From: Eledone cirrhosa
Lineage: Eukaryota
Length of the DNA stretch: 64,000 bases
Direction of reading: 5' to 3'
NCBI GenBank assembly: GCA_964016885.1
Contig: OZ024744.1
Span: 57,660,001-57,724,000 of the forward strand
The notes under the pieces were generated by a model. The model was given only the letters and a program-made list of their open reading frames with translations, ran no database searches and had not been told where the DNA came from. The number at the start of each line of letters is the position of its first letter. Position 1 is the first letter of the stretch. This document shows positions 37,590 through 50,493 of this stretch, piece after piece. A program made the position numbers and the translations under genes.

Positions 37590-38310
37590 ACACAAACAAC
37601 AGTAAATGTCCTTGCAAATTTTTTTAAATTGATAATGTCCTTCTCAGGACATTGGCAGTGCCAATCAGCACTATTTTCTGTATCTCTCGCAGAGATAGTT
37701 TTCCAGGTATTTGGTCAAAATATTTTTCAGTTCCCTATTTTATCATTCCAAGTGTTCTGACTATCACTAGTATTATACAGGCCTTAAGGTGCCACATTTC
37801 CTCAATTTCAATTGTCAGATCTTTATACTTACTGAGCTTTCTGAACTCTTTCTGGGAGATGTTATGATCTGTTGGAATGCTCATGTCAATTAAGAAACGT
37901 GTTTTCTCTTTGTGGTCCTTCACAATTATATCAGGTCTGTTGGCCTAAATTGTTCTGTCAGTATTTACAGGAAAATCCTGAGGATTGTTGCATTCTTGCC
38001 TCCTGTTACTGCATATGGTTATGATTGTACCATTTTCCCTCCATTTTCAGGCCATAAAACCTGCACATTACCCAGTGTAAGTATTGTCCCACTCTATCAT
38101 GCCTTGTTTTATATTCCTAGGAAGTTAAAACTTTGCAGCCTGAAACCAGGTGATCAATCACAGAATTGACACTTTGAGTCAATTCCATTTCTGATCACTA
38201 AATTTCTCCATAAGGCATTGTATTTGTTTTGCATTGGATTACACAAACACTCTCTGGTCTTCTTATCGCTCTTGACATCAGAAATACAGTGATATAAGGC
38301 ATATCGATTA
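37590..38310 (-). mobile_element. R4/Dong-like 3' relic (restriction-like endonuclease)
   Basis: DSKCQFC, RPDIIVKDHKEKTRFLIDMSIPTDHNISQKEFRKLSKYKDL and a degenerate IVGALG motif (IVRTLG). Confidence 0.85.
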
Positions 38311-38630
38311 ATGGTGCCATGATAAAATGCTCCGACTACACACTGTAAAGTTGTAGTGCTGGTGCCATGATATAATGCACCCAGTAAGCTCTGTAAAGTG
38401 GTAGTGCTGATGCTCCAATAAAATGCATCCAGTTCATACTGTGAAGTAGTAGTGTTGTACCATGAACAAGTGAATTCAGTGCAGTTTTGTAAAGTGGTAG
38501 TGCTAGTATCATGATAAAATGCACCTAGTACAGTTTTGTAAAATAATAATATTGATGCTATGATAAAATTAACCCAACACATTCTCTGTAAAGTGGTTGT
38601 GCTGGTGCCACAATAAAATGCACCCAAGGA
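38310..38630 (+). repeat. ~49-bp tandem repeat, same family as 405-730
   Basis: ggtgccatgataaaatgc..ca..ctgtaaagtggtagtgct repeated about 6-7 times. Confidence 0.8.
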
Positions 38631-38654
38631 TCAGGTGGTAGTGTTCCACAAGGT

Positions 38655-38900
38655 CATGAATTAAGTCCATCACCAAACAAGTGAGTAGACACCATTAAAG
38701 ACACCAAATGACCTTACTGATTAAGTCTACCGTCCAACAATAGAGTGGACTCTACTAAAAGTATCCAAGGGCTAGGTGGAAGTGTTAAATTGTGTTACTG
38801 ATTAAGTCTACTACCCAACAACAGAATAGATACCACTAAAGACACCCAATGACTAGGTAATGGTGTTAAACTGGGTAACAAATTAAGTCTACCACCCATG
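38655..38900. repeat. ~81-bp degenerate tandem repeat (~3 copies)
   Basis: attaagtcta anchors at ~38720, 38801 and 38882. Confidence 0.65.
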
Positions 38901-39809
38901 TCGTCCATAGTAAGATTGAAATTTAAAGTACAAAATAGTAGAATAAATACTGCAAGGCATCCCCTCCAATGCTCTAACATTTCCACTAATCCACTGTCTG
39001 GGACTCATACTTTATTTTATTGATTTTGGAAAGAGGAAAAGCAAAGTTGACTTTGGCAACATTGGTAATGATTTAACACTAGTGTGGTTTGTCGGAGTTT
39101 GGGCTCTCATGTTGTCTTGGTTATGGCTGTTTAGCACCAGAACTTGTATGTAATTGGTTTATCTAAGCGATCATATTGGATATGTAGTTTTTATGGTTCT
39201 ATTGGTTTTGCATTCTAATTGTTGGTGTTGTTTAGCCCCAGGCGAGTCCTTACCCTGCACACCTATGACCATCCTGCCTTTTTCCTTTGTGCAAGAAACT
39301 CAGGATCACATTACCCAAACCATCTTTTTCTAAGGTGGCAGGGTGTGATTTGTGGGAGATTTGGCTGCTATTTCTAGCAATTCAAGCAACCAAGCAAAGA
39401 CTGTCTTGTTTGACTTGGGGTTAGTAGTTGTTGATATGTCTTAGTTATCACTGTGTAGTGCCAGGCCTGATTATGTAGCTACATTTAGCAACGAGATCAA
39501 TATCTAGATAATCTTTTAGCTTTAGCATTTTATTTCCTTTTGTCTAGTGTGTGGTGAATGTAAATAGGTCTGAGAGTGTGTGTGTCGGCATGTGTATGTG
39601 AGTGAGTATGTCTGTATATGTGTGTATGCAGTCTGGTGTGATGTTTTGACCAATGTTTACATCTTGTCTTTGATCTTTATGGAAGGGAGATTGATGACAG
39701 CTCTAGTAACATTGGCATTGTATTCTTTTATTCTTTTACTGGTTTCAGTCATCTGACTGTGGCCATAATGGGGCAACACTGGGAAGGGATTTTAGTTAAT
39801 CATATCAGT

Positions 39810-40165
39810 CTACCCTGTAAGGTGGTCATGCTGGTGACAAGACAAAAAGTACCATGTCCACCCCGTAAGGTGGTCATACTGGTGTCAATACAAAAAGTAC
39901 CCTGTCCACCCTGTAAGGTGGTCATGATGGTAACATGACAAAAATAATCCAGTCAACCTAGTTAGATGGTCGTTTTGGTGCCACAATAAAAAGCACCCAG
40001 GCCACACTATAATGTAGTTAGTGTTAGGAAGGGCACCCAGCCGTAGAAACCAAGTAAAAATACAGATCAGTATGAGCATGATTTGGTCTCTAAACCTGAC
40101 TTGTCTCATAACCTGACAACCTGTCTAACTCAAGTGTGTGGAAAATGGATGTTAAACAATGGTGA
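39810..40165 (+). repeat. ~49-bp module array leading into a SINE/RTE-like tail
   Basis: ctgtaaggtggtcat..tggt..ca..aaaaagtacc x4, then gtgttaggaagggcacccagccgtagaaacc...ggatgttaaac. Confidence 0.7.
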
Positions 40166-40251
40166 TAATATTGTCTCCAGTACTTATTTTCTTCAAATCT
40201 GTTACTGATTTTTACAATCTCTTTTTGTTAAACTGCTAAGTTATGGGTTAT

Positions 40252-40287
<36 letters not shown>

Positions 40288-41050
40288 CAGTAATTGTCTT
40301 AACATTGTGACACCTGAATACAGAAAAATATTCCCATTAATACACTACATACTCTTAAATCCACTATATCTTGTGGAAATTAGTCTTGTTTTTAATCATA
40401 AGAAATCATTTTTGCTTGTGTGCGTGTATGTGTGGGTGCACGTATGTGTGTGTGCCTTTTATGTAAACTGCCTTTAAACCTATTCATGTTTATTTTGCAG
40501 ATGCAAGAACATTTAATGGATATTAGATAAATATAGAACAGAAAAGAGAAAGCAAGAAAAGATAACCAAGGGATGCTTGTCTCTAATGTAGACATGCCAC
40601 GATAGTGCCAGTATTGGCTGGACAGTGTTCTTATATATCTTTGTGTTCTCACTTGGCTCCTGTAGAAATCAATAGGCTCAGGTGATGTGTAAAGTTGAAA
40701 AAGAAAAAAAAAATCTTTTGAAAAAAAAAAATAAGATATTAAAACAAAACTGAAAAAAAAAAATTGAACTAAAGAAGAAGAAAAAAAAACAAACAATAAA
40801 ATGTGAAAACGATTCTGAGGTTTTTCTTTAAATTTTTTATTTAATTCAAGACAAGTGCAGTTGATAGGCAGAATCATCAGACAAAATACCTTACAGTATT
40901 TTGTCCTGGTTCCTTTCTGTTCTGTCAAGGTAAACTTTGCCTTTTATCCTTTCAGAATCAATAAAATGCAGTAACAGTACCAGTCAAATATCTCACAAAC
41001 TCCAAACTTGTTTGCATTTAGTTATGGCCCTTTCTGTGGGTGTCAATTAA

Positions 41051-41258
41051 CCCTTTACCATTTACATTACTCTATATATACTATTGTATTTTCACGGTAA
41101 AGACTTTATCTCGCATAATATTGATTCTACGAGATTTTGATGTAATTTATTTTGAGAACAATATATTAACATCAGTATGAGTGGCCAATTACAGCCAGTT
41201 TGAATAGTAACAGGTGAGATAATTCTGGCCAGATATGGCCTGTTTAAATGCTAAAGGG
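41051..41258. mobile_element. piggyBac-like MITE with an intact TTAA TSD
   Basis: TTAA-ccctttaccattta ... taaatgctaaaggg-TTAA; inverted relative to the 25080 copy. Confidence 0.88.
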
Positions 41259-41349
41259 TTAAATTGACGCACACACACACACGCACAACTTCTTCACCCC
41301 TCCCTCCAACAAAAGAAATTGCCTGCCATGTTTCTAAATAAGAGATCTT

Positions 41350-41396
41350 TGTTGTTGTTGCTGTTGCTGATGGTTTTGGTTGCGGTGGTGGAGTTT

Positions 41397-41437
<41 letters not shown>

Positions 41438-41490
41438 TTGTTGTTGTTGTTGTAGAAGAAGAAGAAGAAGAAGAATAATAATAATAATAA
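41350..41490. repeat. Compound microsatellite (TGC)n(TGT)n(AGA)n(ATA)n
   Basis: Directly visible. Confidence 0.95.
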
Positions 41491-41890
41491 TTGGCTGAAT
41501 CATAAGATCATTAGACAAAATAACTTGCAGCGTTTGTTCCAACTCTTTATGTGTTGTGTTCAAATCCTGATGAGGTGGCCAACTTTGACTTTCATTCTTC
41601 CAGAATTGATAAAATATGAGAACTGGAGTTAATTGAAGCAATTGTACCTTCACTTCCCACCAAATTGTGGCCTTGTGGATTGGTAGTATTGGTAAAACAT
41701 TGGACACCATGATTTGTAACATATAGTTACGTCTGTTGCCATTCTGAGTTCAAATCCCACCAAGGTTAACTTTACCTTTCATCTTTACGGAATCGATAAA
41801 ATAAAGTACCAGTAACACACTGGGGTCGATTTATTTGAGTTTTCCCTGCCCCAAAATTGTTGGCCTTATGCCTAAATCAGAAACCATTAT
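41490..41890 (+). mobile_element. Two tandem Deu/Nin-like SINE copies
   Basis: Two gttcaaatcc B boxes (~41558, ~41748), each followed by aacttt..ctttcat....gataaaat. Confidence 0.75.
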
Positions 41891-42359
41891 TTTGATGTGA
41901 AACTTCCATAGATTCTGCTTCCATATCTTACTGAGTGACAACTTGACACCTGAGGAAAAATTTGATAATACACACATTTAATAATTAATTGGCATGTAAG
42001 TGATACCACAAGGACATAAACAACAGTAAATGTCCTTGCAATGTTTTTAAATTGATAATGCCCTTCTCAGGACATTGGCAGTGCCAGTCAGTACTATTTT
42101 CTGTATCACTTGCAGAGATGGCTTTCCAGGTATTTGGTCCAAATTGTTTTTCTGTTCCCTTTTTTATCATTCCAAGTACACCAACTTTCCTTCTTATTAT
42201 TATTTTTATTTTCCTTTTTCTTTTTCTTCTTTGATTTTTTGTGTTTTTTTTTTTGTTTTGTATTGTTTTTGTTGTTTTTTTCAAGTAGGATGAATTGGCA
42301 AAATCAGTAGAATTTCAAACATATTTTAGCTTTTATAGCTCTGTCTACAATACTTTTAT

Positions 42360-43190
42360 GCCTCTGAGTTACCTTTTGTCTGGCTGGTAGCTTGCCTCAT
42401 CCATAGGCATCAGTGTTCTGCAACAAGCTGTCTTAAAGAAACTTTCAATTATCCTCTATGTCATATATCTATCTCTTCCCTCTTGTTATATGTGCCCTGT
42501 AAGGGATCTTTTAAATTCTTTATTTGCCTTCTTCAGATTGTCTTGTGTCTCTGAGTCTGTCTAGATGTTGCTCTAATGTCACAATAACTAATCTATGCAG
42601 GCTGGTACATTTTTCTCCAGAGAAAAGATCTAGTATTTACAACCATCTGTCTATCTAGTTTTTTAGTGAGAATAAAGCCAATCTGATTGGTAGGTGTTTC
42701 AGTGGTTGGTCAGTTTCCTGAAGTTAGTATTGCATATAATTAGATAATTTGCATCAGGGAACTCTAGGAGCCTTGATCCCTCTTAATCTCTTGTACCATA
42801 TCCATAGCCACTGAGCACTCCATCCAGAGTAGCTATCATAGTGCTACCTAACATACTTGTTAAAGTCACTGATCCTGAAATTAAATTGCTGTCACTTAAT
42901 AATGAGTTGGTCTGCAAAAGGTCCTTGAAGAAGTGACCATTTTGCTTATTAGCAATCCCAATTGTGGTGTGTAAGCAAAGATAACAGATGTTGGTATGTT
43001 GCCTATGACTAGTTTAAGTTTTGAAATTCTGCCACATACTCTAACTGCTTCAAAAACTCCATCTATCCACTTCTCAGCTAATATCATGCTTATTCCACTT
43101 ACCCAGAAGTGTTTGTACCTGTGTTCTTGATCTGTGAAGAGCGTGGTTGAATCTCTTGCACACATCATACAGTGAACTAATGTTGACAGT
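42360..43190 (-). mobile_element. RTE LINE APE-endonuclease relic
   Basis: YKHFW..GISMILAEKWIDGVFEAVRVCGRISKLKLVIG....VIFAYTPQLG resembles RTE endonuclease. Confidence 0.75.
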
Positions 43191-44199
43191 GGGAGCTCTG
43201 AAAAAATTTGATGCATAACAAGAAGTGGATATCTGGTGTGAGATGAGTTATCTTTTGACTTCTGTTTTCTGTACCTGAAAGGAAGAGTGCAATCACTTGA
43301 TGATGGTGGAGATATTCCCATATGTGACAAGATGTTTCCACCCAGTGACCCCACTACTACTGTGAGAAGCACTAACATCACTTGGGTTAGTCCTGTATAC
43401 ACAGTTAGGGTTTATAAATTGTATTATTATTATGATGATGATGATGATGATGATAAAGTCTTCTTAAAAATTAGATATGTTTGTGTGTCTATGAAACTGT
43501 GAGAATAATTAACTGTGGGACGCGGGTGCCTACTGACTAGTAGGTTTCACTTTGCACTTAGGTAAGGCGGGTCTTCTCTATTACTGTGTAGCGCCAAAGA
43601 TCTCGGTTCAATGTATATTATACAGATTGGGCATGATCAGGTTGTCTGCAACTAAACTGGCAACCCCACCAAACTTGCTTGGTGAGAAGGGTGATTTTGG
43701 ACACCCTGTGGGATGAAAAATGACCCTTCAGAAGGTGGAGGAACTCGGGAGAGTCAACAACCATTCAACAAAGTATTTTAGGGGAAAGAGGCAGTGGATT
43801 GAGAGACCCCTAGTCTTCATTAAGGCAGGTCATTCTGATATAAAACCTGTGACTTCATTTGCATTCCATAATGTAGACCAGTTCTACTTTTTGGGTAAAT
43901 ACATTCTATGTTCAGAGAGTGGGATTGGTCCCGTGCAAAGCCTTTCCTCACTTAAAAAAGCTTCAAACACAGGCATTGCTTGATATGTGACATATCATGG
44001 CATTGCTGGCCATAGGCAACTCCCTAACAGGACTAAAAAGCCATGTCTGTGATGCTCATGCTTTGTATCAAGTGATGGCATTACTTGAAATCGAGTTGCA
44101 GCCATCATACAGGCTGGGTCATAATTAGCTTACAGGCTGGATCATAATTAGTTTATTGATAATAATGGCTATGCTTGCAAATAGACAGCATTTCAAAGT

Positions 44200-44945
44200 T
44201 ATAGTTATAATCTATAAACTTATGAACTGCATATGTATTGCTGTGGGAGTAAAGTTTAATAAAATTGTCAAGAAGGCCGAGGGTGTCTTGGCATCTCTCA
44301 GCAAGACCTTGTCAGCTGCTTTCCAGCTATTTATTTAAAGCTGTATATAACTATGGTGCGGCCACACTTAGAATTTGCATCACCAGTCTGAAACCCCTAT
44401 CGTGCTCAGAACATTGACCTCCTGGAAACTGTTCAGAGACATACAACCAAGCAAATACCCTCCATCAGGCATCTACCATACTCTGAATGCCTTTCTTCCC
44501 TGGGCATGGATACATTGAAGGTCCGACGTCTGGCAACACTGACTTGGTAAACACCCACAAAATTATTAACCATCTTGCCAACAACAACTCTGAGCACCTT
44601 TTTGATTTCCATGAGTCTAACACATGTGGGCATGCTTACAAAAATCAGAAAACAGCACAGTTCCTATGACTTTCGGAAACATTTTTTCACACTCAGAGTT
44701 GCTGAAGCATGGAACAAACTACCTGCATCAGTTGTTAGCTGCTGGGACACTGCATCCTTCAAAGCCTCCATGCTTCCTGAGTTTCACCAACACTACACCT
44801 GATATTCCCCCTTCACACACACACATGTATATCATGACTCATACACTGTTCACTTTCCTGACATTTGTACATTATTCTATGTACTATACATACACCTTTG
44901 ATGAGTTGTAGTGCACCTGAGCACTGTACACAATTATTTCATTAT
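44200..44945 (+). mobile_element. CR1-clade LINE 3' fragment with 3' UTR
   Basis: LYITMVRPHLEFASPV*NPY...LETVQR, GHAYK and RKHFFTLRVAEAWNKLP. Confidence 0.85.
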
Positions 44946-45169
44946 TATATTATAACAATGGTTTCTAAACTGTCTGCCAATGAGGAAATATTTGAGCAAA
45001 ATACTGGGTACTATGACAAAGCACTAGCAAAGTCAGGTTATAATGAGAAGATTACCTAGATTCCTGAGACACCAATTATCTCCAAACCTCAAACTCACAA
45101 CATAGAGTTTTTAAGGGATCAGGTAAGGACACTGGAATTAACTCCACTAGATACTAATAATGGTGTCTG

Positions 45170-45545
45170 AGTGAGGCACAAGGCCAACAATATTTATAAA
45201 TCAACTCCAGTGCATGACAGGTACTTCATTTTATCGACCCCGTAAGGATGAAAGGCAAAACTAACCTCGGTGATTTGAATCCAGAGGGCCGCAACTTGAT
45301 GCCGTTAAGCATGTTGTCTGATGCTCTACCCATTCCGCCAACCCACTAGATACTAATAATTGTTTCTACTTTTGGCACAAGGCCAGCAATTATCCCAGTA
45401 CATTACTGGTACTTTATTTCATCGACCCCCATAAGGATGAAAGGCAAAGTTAACCTTGGTGGGATTTGAACTCAGACCATAAAGGGCCGTAACTCTTTGT
45501 TGCAAAGTATGGCGTCCGACTTGCTACCGATACTGCCAATCCACG
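45170..45545 (-). mobile_element. Two tandem Deu/Nin-like SINEs
   Basis: tcgacccc.taaggatgaaaggc at ~45234 and ~45422. Confidence 0.85.
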
Positions 45546-46374
45546 GAAGTTGGTTGTGTAGCAGCATTGCTACACAATGCCAGGTGCAGGGTAAGATATG
45601 GGCCCCTGAACTTTAACCATAATGTAGTGTGAAGGAATAATAAGAATAGTAAGCCAAGTGCAGACCATATACTAATAACTAGTAGAATAAGAATTATGTT
45701 AAATCTGAATACATCAAATAGTACTAATGACCACACATTCCCTAGAAAGAGATCTAAATGAAAGAATATTACCTGATATCATCATCCATACGGAGTACAG
45801 ATTTCATCCAGCATACCTAAACTCTTCTTCGATATTCTGGAAAAAATTCTTTCTTCTATTACATAGGTACTATAGAATACAACTTTATGTATTTACAGTT
45901 AAACTCTCATATTCAACAACATTGGATTTAGCTGACAATATCTTATTTGGTAACCATAGGAAGATAAAAAATGTTAAAAGTGATTAAAAATAGAAATAGA
46001 AGCTTTCGCCATATTTTTGACTAAAGAAATTTTAGCCTGATAGTGGGGTTTAGAGACCTCTAAGAAATGGAAAAAGATTAGTATTGACATCAAAAATACG
46101 GCGAAAGCATCTATTTCTATTTTCAAACTCGATCATTGTTTCAAAACAAACTTGATTATATAAGTGATTCTTACCCCCAAAATGTAGCAAAGTGTAAAAC
46201 AATCACATAATTAAAGTTGACAATATAGCAAAGCAAATTAGTGCAGACTCTAAAAATGGATATGACACAGCCATCAGATCCTACCTGCAAAGTAGTCCTC
46301 AGCCCAAAATTGCAGCACTGAATAAACCATTTAAGACTGTTTAACTGTAGAAATCCAGGTAATTGACCACTGGA

Positions 46375-46560
46375 AGGGTTGGCAGTATCGGTAGAGGGTT
46401 GAATGCCATGTTTTGCAGCATAGAGTTACGGCCCTTTGCGGTCTGAGTTCAAATCCCATCGAGGTTAACTTTGCCTATCATCCTTACGGGGTTGATAAAA
46501 TAAAGCACCAGTAATGCACTGGGTAATTTCTGGCCTTGTGCCAAAAGTAGAAACAATTAT
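46375..46560 (+). mobile_element. Deu/Nin-like SINE
   Basis: tggcagtatcggtagag...gagttcaaatcc...ggccttgtgccaaaagtagaaacaattat. Confidence 0.88.
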
Positions 46561-48690
46561 TTTAGGAGAAATGGTCTATAGATGTAAGGTATCCATTAGC
46601 AACACAGCTACATATTACATTGGGGATGCTTCTAACACTTTTAAAAAAGATATTTTATGAACATATGCACTCATTTAGGAATGCAAACAAGGAACACAGT
46701 ACATCACTAGCAGAATTCATTTACTGATTAAAAGACTTGAATGTGAGGTATAATATAATTTGGTTATATAATTCAGTTAATCCATATCAGGCAAATTGGT
46801 GGGAATGCAATCTCTGCTCTGTTAAAGTATTGGAAATATATTCATGTAGTAACATTTTGCTTAACTTGAGACAAGAGATCATCATCTCTTGCATGTATAA
46901 AATTCTACAGATGTTTCTCTTGGATGGATTGTGATCCAGCTTAGCAAACTTTACCAAATAAGTCAAGTAGCAAAGTCATTTTAGTTTATTTATATCAGTG
47001 TAACACTATGCAAATAACTAAGAATAAAGAGATAGATTATCACTCTATAATGTTGAGCTGTTGTAGTGGATCTGAACATTAAGCAAAAGAAGAGAAATGC
47101 AGGCACAGCCATTGGATTAATTTGACTAACTTATACAGTGAAATAGCTTTTTCAACTTTTCAAATTATCACTTGTAATGTCTCTCTGTGTGTTATACGGT
47201 ATCTCATATTTTGACAATTTTCCATACCATCTTTTTACACCCCTATCATATTCTAATACCAAATTCTCCCTTGAATTTAGTTCTTTATTTAAATTTCTTT
47301 ACATTATCTTATAAGATGTAATCTTTATTGTATATGAGTTCCAGCTTCCAGCAGCCATACTCTTGTGATTCCAGGATTCCTTGTCTTTTTAGATATATTT
47401 TATTTTTATCATTTTTATTTCTTTGATCAATACACTTAGCTAAACTAAAATGACCAGTTAGACCAGTGATTCTCAACCAGTGTGCCGCGAAATTTTGAAC
47501 AGCACTAAGAAAATGCGAAAACCACGTGATCCCAATTGAGTATTCCCAGTGGTGTAACATGTTGCACCACATAGCTTTGTTCATTTAGGGATGAGTGAAA
47601 TGTTTCCAAATGTTGCAAGGCTAAAAATTCTATATCTTTTATTGTTTCGTTCGTCATATTGATCATATGAATGGATATTGGTCAATAATTGTCTTAAAGT
47701 GGGACCCCCACCCCACCAAAGAAATAAAAGATTTATTATATAATGCATCTTTTGTCCACTTTTATGGTAGAATCTATCTCTAAAACTGAAACAAATGATA
47801 TATTTCTTTTTCATCTAGTCCTAATTTTTGCTGGGATATGACCAAAAATGGTTGAAAAATAGCGTAATTTTCAGAGTTCTTTTGAGAAAATCCAAATAAG
47901 CTATGAAGATGATTTTTACATTTTTAGAATCAGAAAACCAGTCATTGTATGGTAACAGAAGCCTTTGTTTGATATTTTGGAAAAAAAATGTTGTCTTCAT
48001 TAATGTGCTGGACAGTAAAAAAAATGAAAAGAATCATTTAAAAAAAATAAAAGTGACTATAACATTTTTTCAAGTCAGAATAAAAAAAAAAGGTTTCTGT
48101 CACAATGAAGCTACTATTATAAGAAAGGTCTCCTCAAAATTTCAAGCGAATCTATCGAGTAGATTTTCTAGAAAGAGCTTTGAAATTTTGAGAAGTACCC
48201 ATTTTGAGAAAATTGCTTGTAAAGATTAGAAACACAAATGTCAGCTTCTACCTCTGTTTCGGAATAATCTATGGATGATTCCGATGATTTAGCTCAGAAT
48301 TCTCTGGTTCATGCTACTAAATGAGTCCATGTTAGCTTTCCTTCACATATATTTTGTCTTGCTTCATCTCTATATGGCATAATTTCCTAATTTTCTGGTT
48401 GATTATCCCATCGGAAGAGTGAGTTTGGCCGCGATGCTTACATTGTGATGGCAGATTTACGATGTGTTGTCAGTGCTCAAACATTGACTATTTTTGTGCA
48501 TAATACATTGAAAATTGATGATTTCCAGAAATGGTCTCATAAAACATCAATTTTACGTAGGAAGACATATTTTTATTATTTTGCTGTTTGTACACGAAAG
48601 AGAAGGCCTTGTGGGACTGAAAGACACTGTCATCTCAATATAGACAATCTTACCTAAAACTGTCATATTGATATCTCATGACCCTTCACA

Positions 48691-50398
48691 ATGGATAAAT
48701 ATTTGAAAAGGAAAGATATTATTGAGGAGTCCAAGTCCAGAGGCGAACAACCATCAACCTTGTGAAAATTATTTGAAATTTGGATTTTATTGGTCTGGTG
48801 ACGTTGACAAACCAAGTCCATCATGCGTAGTGTGCAGTGAAACAATGTCAAATGAATCCATGGACCCAAGTAAGGTAGAAAGACATTTTAATTCAAAACA
48901 TTCATCTCTGAAAGATAAAAAGCTTGATTACTTTCAAAGACTGTTAGAGCATAAATCAAAACAGCGAAGTTATTTTGAAAAAATAATGACCGTGTCTGGA
49001 CGAGCCCAACTAACGTCAATTCAGGTGACTGAAATAATAGCATTAAAATCTAAATCCCACACGCTTGCTGAGTCAGTCATCCTCCCAGCTTGCAAAAAGA
49101 TGGTAAAAAGGCTGAGAAGGAATTGAACAATATCCCACTTTCAAATGATACAATACGTAGAAGAATCCTAGATATATCGAAAAATATTGAAGACAATGTT
49201 TAGAAATTGCTTAATAATTCTAATTTTGCTTTAACTGTGGATGAATCCAATGGCATCAGTAATAAAAGTCAATTGCTTGCATTTGTACGTTTTATTGACG
49301 AGAATAAAATAATGAATCAATTTTTGTGCTGTAAAGAAATGCCCACAACTACAAGAGGTCAACATATTTTTGATTTGATAACAGGCTACCCCAAAGAAAT
49401 GAATTTGTCTTGTAAGTCCTGTGTTGGCATTTGCACCGATGGAGCCTCATGTCTAACAGGCTGTATTAAAGGATTTGTATCCTTCCTAGAAAAAGAAAAT
49501 CCAAATCTCATTCGTACTCGTTGCTTTCTACATAGAGAAGTTCTTATTTCAAAAATATCGCAGGAAGATTTAAAGGTTGTGGTACATCAAGTTGTTGGAA
49601 TGGTCAATTATATAAAAAGTATGCCATTGAAGTCACGATTATTGGAACAACTGTGCATGTTAAGTTATTAATACACACTGAGGTTCGCTGGCTGTCGAAA
49701 GGCAAAATACTAAATCGTGTTCACGAACTGCACAAGGAATTACTATCATTTTTTCTCCAGGAAAAGCAGGAGAAATTCTGTGAATACCTTAGTTGCGAAT
49801 TTTAGATGTCTAAAATGGAATACCTAACAGTAATATTTAGTGAACTAAATAAAACAAACAGTAGTATGCAAGGTAAAAACGAAAATGAGCAATCACTGGC
49901 AATCTTGATATGTTCCCTTTATTGCGTTCTACCTGCATTAGAGAAATGATCTCTATTGTGGTAACTCATCTGACAGTCCTGGACGAAAGCATCAACAATT
50001 ACTTCCCGTCATTAAAGACAGAAAAGTATGATTGGATTAGAGATCCTTTCATAAATCATTCTTCCACCATTGAACTTGAGTAACAGGAAGAAGAAGAATT
50101 GGCTGCCCTTTCTAGTGACCGAGGGTTAAAATTAAAACATTCTACTCTGTCCATTAATTCATTTTGGATTTCAATTCAAGAGGAGTATCCCATATTATGT
50201 AAAAGAGCTTTAGCAATTTTATTACAATGTTCAACTTCTTATATATTTGAATTAGGTTTCTCAACATTAAACAACATCAAAAACAAGAAGCATGAGAGAT
50301 TACGTACAACGGAAGAAGAAATGAGTGTGTGTCTGTCTCATATTCGACCAAACATTAAGGAAATTACGTATAAAAGCCAGGCACAAATTTCTCACTAA
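48691..50398 (+). pseudogene. Disrupted hAT transposase (ZBED5/ZBED8/SCAND3-like)
   Basis: MDKYLKRK start, BED finger (YLKFGF..CVVC..RHFNSKH), VDES, CTDGA, CFLHRE, EVRWLSKG, STSYIFELGFS and QAQISH*; multiple stops and frameshifts. Confidence 0.93.
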
Positions 50399-50493
50399 AG
50401 AAGTCAGCTATTTGACTGATGAAAGTCGAAACACTGAAATAAAGTAAGTTTATAACTGTACGGTTGTCTTTATTTAGTTTGAGTCATTCTATG

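Larger units (their letters stand above)
44955..46920 (+). mobile_element. Penelope-like element relic (RT C-terminus plus GIY-YIG), interrupted by SINEs
   Basis: SKLSANEEIFEQ...YDKALAKSGY, TVKLSYSTT, MVYRCKV....YYIG...TFKK..EH.HSF....STSLAE, CNLC and LLNLRQEII. Confidence 0.8.

Noticed and set aside
41294-41722. Poly-Q protein ORF
   Set aside because: Compound microsatellite flanked by SINE sequence.
47693-48420. Nested TTAA-type (Kolobok-like) element in the hAT 5' region
   Set aside because: Only one plausible terminus (ttaaagtggg) was seen; no matching inverted end or TSD.
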